Of a DNA stretch of 64,000 nucleotides, positions 55,918 through 64,000 are shown piece after piece; positions within the stretch are counted from its first letter, which is position 1, and each line of letters begins with the position of its first letter. The notes below the pieces were generated by a model, which saw nothing but the letters and a program-made list of their open reading frames with translations, made no database searches and was not told the DNA's origin. Made by a program: the position numbers and the translations under genes. The stretch lies in the NCBI RefSeq assembly GCF_009914755.1, contig NC_060926.1; one strand, given 5' to 3'. This stretch comes from the human T2T-CHM13v2.0 reference genome, Homo sapiens.

Positions 55918-57249
55918 TAGTTTTTCAATCCTGGCGATTCTGATTTGTGAGTCTCTTGTGGTGCTCTGAAATCTGTATTTTTCCAAGTGCTCCAGATGAC
56001 TCTGATATGCCCTCTGCTTTAACCCAAAGGAATGAACAGCCCTGAGTAGAATTTTAGGCAATTGCTTGGGGTGCTATGGGGAGGCAGGGAGTGAGGGGAG
56101 TTTGAAGGGACAGGGAAGGCTGTTTTCTGGGGACTCTGAGATCAATTCCATCTTACAATTGTCCCTGTCTGTCATGCGGGTCCTGCAAACCATTCAATTC
56201 TGTGTATTCCCCTCCTTCCTGCAGCGACTGAGACAGATGGTGGTGGAGAGCAAGTGCCTGGTGGGGAGAGGAGGCCCGGGACACAGATACCTTAGTCTCA
56301 CTGCCCTGACAGGCCCACCCCAACTTTCCCTGCAGTGCCTCCAGAACTTTGCCTGGAACTTAGTCACCCTGGGGAGGCTTCTTTCCCTATCTGCTCTGTT
56401 GTGCTTCGCTTTCTCATCCCTGTTCTCAACAACATTTCGTCCCCTCTGCCCCACCCACATCACTCGCTCTGCCCTTGGGAGACCTGATCTCTACCTGGCT
56501 GTCATTCCAGGAAGCTTGCTTTCTTGTTGAAACGAAAGCATGTGGAGGTTTTGCTTCTCTGTGTTTATGGTCTGCACAGATAACCACTCCCAAATGGAGC
56601 TGGGTATGGGGTGTTAAAAAAATTATAACTTTACTTTTAATCCCAGTTAATTTGGCATCTGGCGGCTAATGAGATGCCTGGGAGGTGGAGAGTTGGGCCC
56701 TGACTAGCCTAAGGGAGACCACCGATAGGGATAATACGTGTGGACCAGCCCCTGAGTGTGTCCTCAGTATCTGAACAGTGGTGAGGTGGGGAAAGCAGAC
56801 AATATCAGCGTTCCAGTTTCTGTATTTCAGTTTGTTCAGCATCGAATTTCTTTTCCACCGTAGTTGAATTCTTTCTAGCCCTGGGTCACTGCACTAATTT
56901 AAATGGATGGCCTAATAGGTCATTATAGATGTCGTCACAAGCCTCTGGACTTTTACCATGCTAAGATGTTTTTTCTTTTTTTGTAAATTAGCTTGTTAAT
57001 TATCACACGCCTACAAGTGATAGCCAAAAGAAATCAGACAGTGGAACTGAAGGAAGTTAGGCAGCAATCCTAAGTATCTGTCTCTGCTTTCCGAGATGTT
57101 CCTTCCCCTCCTTTTCCCTGCCCCTTCCCTCCTTCGTTGTTTTGCTTTCTTTCAGTTTTCATTTGTATTTGTAGGGAAAGCTATCAGCTATATTCAGTCC
57201 CATACCTTTAAATGATTCCTATATATTGATAATTATGGAATTTTCACTT

Positions 57250-57450
57250 CTGTCCAAATCACTCCTCTAAACCTCAGAGGTATATCCAACTCTCTGGGTA
57301 TCTAATAGGCTTCTCACACCTCAGATGTCCAAAACCAAACTCGGTTTTCCTTCCCAAATCTGCTCCTCCTGCAGCCTTTCTGGTCCTCACTGTTGAGAAG
57401 GGCACCTGGCCCATAGTGGGTGCTCAAAATATATTTACAGAATGAATGAA
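57250..57450 (+). mobile_element. L2 fragments
   Basis: TATCTAATAGGCTTCTCACAC...ATGTCCAAAACCAAACTC; tail GTGCTCAAAATATATTT...GAATGAATGAA. Confidence 0.7.
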
Positions 57451-58175
57451 GACTAAGAAATGGAAACATTTATACCTTCATGCTTGGAGTTAGGAGTGTA
57501 TCCATTCCCTATTCTGTAGCTGATCAGCTGTGTGTCACCAGATGACTTGGTTTCTTTGTCTTCCTAAGTTTCTACCTCACTGAAATGTGGATAGTGCTAC
57601 TTATTCTTTGATGGTTTGTGCCAGGACAAGGTATTATATCATTGCCCGTAATATTCTCCGTATTTTCAGTGTCCCGCCTTTCCCACAGCATCCCATGGAC
57701 ATTATACAAGACTTTTGTGGCTGGCTTGTTTTACTTAGCATAATTTTACCCAGCTTTCATTCAAGACTGCTTGACACATCCCTATCCTGCCTACCCAAAT
57801 GATTTCCCAGCATGCTTCTTCTCTCCAAGGACACAGACTTCCTTATCGTCTCAGGAACATGTCATTGCATTCCTGCCCTTCAGTCTCCTCTCCTTATCCC
57901 AGGCCTGGATGCCCTCCTTTGTCCTCATACCTGTCTAGCCTCTTGCTACCTTTCAAGCCTCAGTCCCCGCCACCTCTGCAGTGTCCCACCACTGTGCAGC
58001 TGAACTGATGACACGCTTCTCTGATTGCTCCACTACTGAGACACACTGGATTTTACCCTGCCTCCTTTTGCGTGCGCTCATCTCATTTTCTCAGAGATTA
58101 TAACCTCTTGAGGCCAAGGCATTTGTTTCTCATTCTCTTGCATCTCCACAGTATGTAATATGAAACAACTGGGTA

Positions 58176-59100
58176 TTTTTTTTGCAAACTAAAAAAATTG
58201 TGGTAAAATACACATGACACATGGCATAAAATTTATCATTGTAACCATTCTTAAGTTTATACTTCAGTGGCTTTAAGTGAGTTTGCATTTTTGTACATGC
58301 ACTCTCCAGAACTCTTTTACCTTGCAAATCTGAAACCCAGTACCTATTAAACACTAACTTCCCATTTTCCCCTGCCCACATCCCCTGGAAGCCACTCTTC
58401 TACTTTCTGTCTCTATGAAGTGCACTACTCTAGCTACCTCACATAAGTGGGATTATACAGTATTTGTCCTTTTGTGACTGGCTTGTTTTACTTAGCATAA
58501 TGTCCTCAGGGTTCATCTGTGTTGTAGCATATGTCAGAACTGCCCTCCTTTTTTAAGGCTGAGTAATATTCCATTGTATGGACATACCACATGTGGTTTT
58601 TCTAATCCATTGATGGATGCTTGGACTGTTTTCCCCTTTTGGCTATTGAATAATGATGCAATGAACATGGGTATACAACTATCTCTTTGAGACCCTGCTT
58701 CAGTTCTTTTGGGTACACACTAGAAGCAGAATTGCTAGGTGATATAGTAATTCTATTTTTAATTTTTTAAGAAACCCTCTTACTGTTTTTCATAGCAGCT
58801 GCACCATTTTACATTCCCACTGACAATGCACAAGGGTTCTAATTTCTCCACATCCTCACCAACACTTAGTCTTCTTTTTTTTTTCTTTTTGGATAGTAAC
58901 CACCATTTTCATTTCTCTAATGAGCAATGTTGAGCATCTTTTCATGTGCTTACTGGCCACCTGTATATCTTCTTTGGAGAAATGTCTGTTCAAGTCCTTT
59001 GCCCATACTTACATCTGGTTTTGCTGTTGTTATTAAGTTATAGGGGTTCTTTGTATATTCTAGATATTAACTCCTTATCAGGTATCTGATGTGCAACAAT
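58176..59100 (-). mobile_element. L1MB3-like 3' fragment
   Basis: ATTGTGGTAAAATACAC...CTTGCAAATCTGAAAC; TTGAGCATCTTTTCATGTGCTT...TCTTTGGAGAAATGTCTGTTCAAGTCCTTTGCCCA. Confidence 0.9.
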
Positions 59101-59194
59101 TAGGTGCTTTTGGGAGGGAACACATTGACAACCATTGGTTATTATAGGAGTCCACATCTGAAGGCAGGCATGTGAAAGAACTTTAAAAATCCAT

Positions 59195-59380
59195 GGATAT
59201 ATGCCAGGCATCATCTCATGCAAAGCGCACAACTACCCTGTAAGATATGTGGCATCATTTTCATTTTGCAGGTGAGGAAATTGAGGCTCAGAGAAGTCCA
59301 ATAATTTACTAAGCATTCCCCAGTCTAGTAAGAGTGGCAGAAGCAGGATGTGACGTCAAGCCTGCCTGACTCCCCACGTT
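59195..59380 (-). mobile_element. MIR
   Basis: CATTTTGCAGGTGAGGAAATTGAGGCTCAGAGAAG. Confidence 0.75.
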
Positions 59381-59832
59381 GCCTCCTGCATCTTCAGGCT
59401 GCGTGAGAGAGCGCAAGCAAGCTTCACACATGTGTTGCTCATCACTCTTCTTCTCTGGATTTCATTAAAGAAACGCCTGTGCCTGGCAAGCAGGCCGCTG
59501 CCAGCATCCCTGACTCTGCAAAATGTGATCCTTCTGCACGTTTAGATCTCGGTATGACTCAAATACCTAATGTCCCTTTACCCAGCCTTCAATGGGAGGG
59601 CAGATACTCTGGCTTTTTGGATCTCTTATCTCTACCCTTCAGTCTCTAGTTTGGGTCTTCTCGGAGCTGGTCACACACATCAGTCACTTCAACAGGAAGC
59701 TTTGGAGAGGCAAGGATTTGTGTTGGATTCAGGGGGAAGGGATGATGCTCCTGCCCTGAAGGAGTAGCCCCTACAGGTGCTAGACTAGGTGGCGAATGCA
59801 CCTGAGAGCAATGAGAGATGTTGTGCCTTTGA

Positions 59833-60191
<359 letters not shown>

Positions 60192-60629
60192 TGGGAACAG
60201 GATTTTAATGGGTTCTTGAACCATCTTCCCTGATCCACCATGGGTATGTGCTCAGAAAAGCCAATCTATTTAATATTAGGCAGGGCAAAACCTATTTAGG
60301 AAGAATAAATGCTATAAGCAAATTCTGTAGTGCAGCCCATAGCTGAGAGATGTGATCTTCAGCTCATACGTTATTCTAGCTCCTGGGCCTCAGTTTACTT
60401 GGGAATTGAAAGAGCATCATTGGCATGTGGTTTGCAGCTCATGGGCGCAGTTCTGCTACAGGACACAGCCCAATCTCTTGGATGGATGAATGTCTGACAT
60501 AAACTAAGAGAAGTTATTGTAAGAGGGCTTCACCAGCCTCAAAGAGAATTCACAGTACTAAATATGAAATGACAATCATACAATGTGGATTGCATGATTT
60601 TAATGTTATAGCACACGTAATGAAAATTA

Positions 60630-60810
60630 GTGATAAGCATGTTATGAACAGTGTCTCATTTAATTTTTGAAAGAATGCTATGAAGTGTAGGTACTATGAT
60701 TAGTGAGGCAAAGTGAATTCTCCAGAGTTTCACAGCTGGTAGATGATGGAACCAGAATTGAACATGAGTCTGCTTGGTTTCTAAAGTCTTTGCTCTCAAA
60801 TGCTGCACTA
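60630..60810 (-). mobile_element. MIR
   Basis: GTCTCATTTAAT...CACAGCTGGTAGATGATGGAACCAGAATTGAAC. Confidence 0.6.
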
Positions 60811-61119
60811 AACCCCCTGTTCATTACAGCTGCTACAGGAAGACAGGACATAGGTTGATAAACTAAAGTATAAATGCCACTTATCCTGGCTCACACATAA
60901 CATTCTTCCAGAGGTATTTAGAGGAGTCAAGAACTGCATAAAAGGATAAGGCCTTTTGGGGGGAGAACATATATTCTGTATTAAAAAAATCTTCACTTGT
61001 CTGCAGCCTGTGTTCTTTCTTCATGGTTGATTTTTCTAGGCTCTTAAGCACAAGTGGTGAATAATGTATCATCTTCATCTCCTTTGTTCTACACCCAAAG
61101 GGTTGGTGCATCCTGTTAG

Positions 61120-61420
61120 GGTTTTTAAAAAATTATGGTGAAGTACATATAACATAAAATGTACCGTTAGTGAAAATATCGCTAATGTACATTCACAGTG
61201 TTGTGCAACCATCACTACTATCTATTGCCAGAATATTTTTATCACCCCAAAAGGAAACCCTGTACTCATTGAGCAGTCACTCTCTGTTCCTCCCTCCCCC
61301 AGCCCCTGGGAAAAATTATTCTGCTTTCTCTCTCTAAGGATTTTCTGGCTCTGGGTATTTTATATAGATGGAATAATACAAGATGTGGCCTTGTGTGTGT
61401 GTCCTGTTGATTTAAGCACT
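61120..61420 (-). mobile_element. L1MB4/5-like 3' end
   Basis: ACATTCACAGTGTTGTGCAACCATCAC...CACCCCAAAAGGAAACCCTGTAC...GCAGTCACTC. Confidence 0.8.
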
Positions 61421-61624
61421 TATAGTTCCTCCTTCCCATGCCAAAATTTGCGGTCCCATTGCCTTGGTGTAGAGCTGTGCCCCTGCATAGGGAACTGAGT
61501 CCCAAGGTGGGTATTGGTTTGGGATCAGAGAGACTGCACCGGGCTGATGCCCAGACAAGTTATGTGACTTCTCTGAGTCTGTCAAGGTTGTTGCAAGGAT
61601 TAAGTGAAATGATGTCAACTTCCT

Positions 61625-61800
61625 TGTTTTTGAACTTGGGCAAATTATTTAATACTGCTATGCCTCAGTTTTCTTCCCACATGAAATGGGACTATAATCA
61701 TACCTATATCATGGGTCATTCTGAGAATTGAATGAGTAATACATGGAAGTATATAGAACAGTGTCTGAATGTGGGAGGTGCTTGATATGCATTAGTATTG
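61625..61800 (+). mobile_element. MIR
   Basis: CTTGGGCAAATTATTTAA...TGCCTCAGTTTTC...GAAATGGG. Confidence 0.7.
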
Positions 61801-62700
61801 CATGCTTGGTAAGTGTGTGGTGGCATGATTTTGACCAGGCCCCACACCATTCACTGGAGCAATCATGGAGGCCCCTTCAGTGGTCTTTCTCCTTCCTGTC
61901 TACCCTTGCAGCCAGAATATTATCACCAGAGTGTCGCTATCACGCACTCTTCATCTCAAGACCCTTCTGCTAGCTTTGTGTTTAAGGCCCTCTGCATCTC
62001 ACTTGCTTTCCTTTCTGGTTTCTCTTCCCATCCTATTCCCCAGGAACCCATTGCCTGCTACCGCTCTGGACCACCTTTGGTTCCCCAAGCCCCCTGGGCC
62101 TTTCAGCCTCTGTGCCTTTGCTTATACTCTTCCCTCTTTTGGGAATGACCTTCTACTCACCATCACTGGCAAAGCTGTGCTCATGTCTTTCACTCAGTTT
62201 TTCATCTGCCATAATGGTGTGTACATCATAGGGTTGTTCTGAGGATTGACTGACATGATACATGACCGAGATGATACACTGTACATAATAATATGAACTG
62301 AGATAATAAAGCCTGTATATGTGGGTACCATCTGGTAATTGTTCAATATGTTATCACATCATTATATAATTATATTAGGACTATTTATACACTCTTGCTT
62401 TCCTAATTAGGCTGCAAATTCCTTGAGAACAGGGCCGTGTCTTGTTAATCTCTGATCCCTACTTATATCAAGCATAGTACCCTGCATAAAGTTTCCATAT
62501 TGTTTATTTGGGTTTCTCAACAGTTCCTATGTATAACTCTTGTTTCTCTAATCAGGTCAAAAAAGTCAAGTCTCTGAAGGAGGGCCTGTGGTTTCTCCTT
62601 TTCTCAAATCCTCCGCAGCTTTTAGCACCAGGTTTTGCAGACAGAATATGATTAATACATACCCAATAGATGTCAGAATGTAATCGACTTTAAAAAATGA

Positions 62701-63117
<417 letters not shown>

Positions 63118-63164
63118 AGCTAACCACTATTAGCAAGAAAACAAGTGAACATCACATGGAATAA

Positions 63165-63400
63165 CTGATATGTGTTGAATACTTGTTATGTGCTAAATAT
63201 TCATCTGATTTCACTCATATTTAATTTTATTCCTGCTATGAAGCAGATATTATCGTTATCCCCATTTTACAGAACAGGAAACTGAGACACAAAGAAGTTA
63301 ATTTATTCAAAGCCATAAGACTTTTAAGTAGAAGAGTTGAGTTTTAAACCCCAGCAATCTGGCTTCAGGGTCTGTACCCTCAACCCTGTGCTGAACTGCT
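63165..63400 (-). mobile_element. MIR
   Basis: TATCCCCATTTTACAGAACAGGAAACTGAGACACAAAGAAGTTAA. Confidence 0.8.
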
Positions 63401-63479
63401 TGCCTTCCTCCCTCCTACATCTACTGAGATATCGCCCTCCCTCCCCTCCCCACTGTTTAATGGAACTAATTCAGCACTG

Positions 63480-63635
63480 AGACTCAGAGAAGCTGGGATT
63501 TCTTTCTCCTGTGCATTCATTGGTTGTATGACGTTACGGTGATCACTTCACCTCTCTGAGCCTGTTTCCTCATCTATAAATCTGAGAGCCGGTCTCGGTG
63601 ATCTCCCTTGCTCAGCCAGAACATTCTGTGATTTC
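63480..63635 (+). mobile_element. MIR
   Basis: TCACTTCACCTCTCTGAGCCTGTTTCCTCATCTATAAA. Confidence 0.7.
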
Positions 63636-64000
63636 ATGAATTAGACACTGAAGCAGGGCCTTGGTTTTCCAGCATATGCTGCCCTCCTCTCATCTCCTGC
63701 GTCTGCAGGCGTATTATCTTTTGTACCATGCAGGCAGGCAGTCAGGTCACCCTGACCTAGGTACCTACCTCCACCTCAGTGTGCCTGGAGAAGTTGCCAG
63801 CCAGCCACAGCCAGAGACAGAGTACTCCGTGGGGTTTGCTGAGTACTGGGACTTAGTGGCTTATATAAGTTTTTTACGACCCATTTTAATAGAGTTTGCA
63901 TCCTTTGAACTACAGATGGGGCACCGGCTGTTAATGGGGCTTTCTGGAGCATAGACTTAGGAGGAGGGTCCTCGGGGTTTATGGAGCTTTCCTGCGGCAC

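Overview
This is primate genomic DNA, almost certainly human: it contains a consensus-like AluYa5 at 62816-63117. The window looks like a deep intron or an intergenic interval. I find no credible protein-coding exon, tRNA/rRNA, CpG-island promoter or prokaryotic-type system, and I cannot name a host gene. Much of it is transposon debris: about 27 Alu/FLAM/FRAM elements, many MIR and L2 fragments, several L1 fragments (L1PA, L1MA/MB/ME), and MaLR/ERVL solo LTRs (two MLT1C, MLT1J, THE1A, THE1C, LTR16C). DNA transposons include a near-full-length Tigger1, Charlie1b, MER20, MER58A, MER103C, MER117 and MER5. The ORF track is explained by repeats and chance; only Tigger1, L1 and L2 remnants resemble real proteins. 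Subfamily names come from recalled diagnostic motifs, not from a database search, and old MIR/L2 boundaries are approximate. The most interesting signals are: (i) a tail-to-tail MIR/L2 hairpin with miR-95-type architecture at 44294-44382; (ii) at least five short fold-back insertions that look like replication template-switch scars; (iii) a 33-bp AT-rich stem-loop at 7313-7405; (iv) two convergent THE1 LTRs with intact DUX4 motifs, one carrying a (GGAA)11 tract within 221 purines; and (v) a young, possibly polymorphic AluYa5. None amounts to a demonstrated new biological system.
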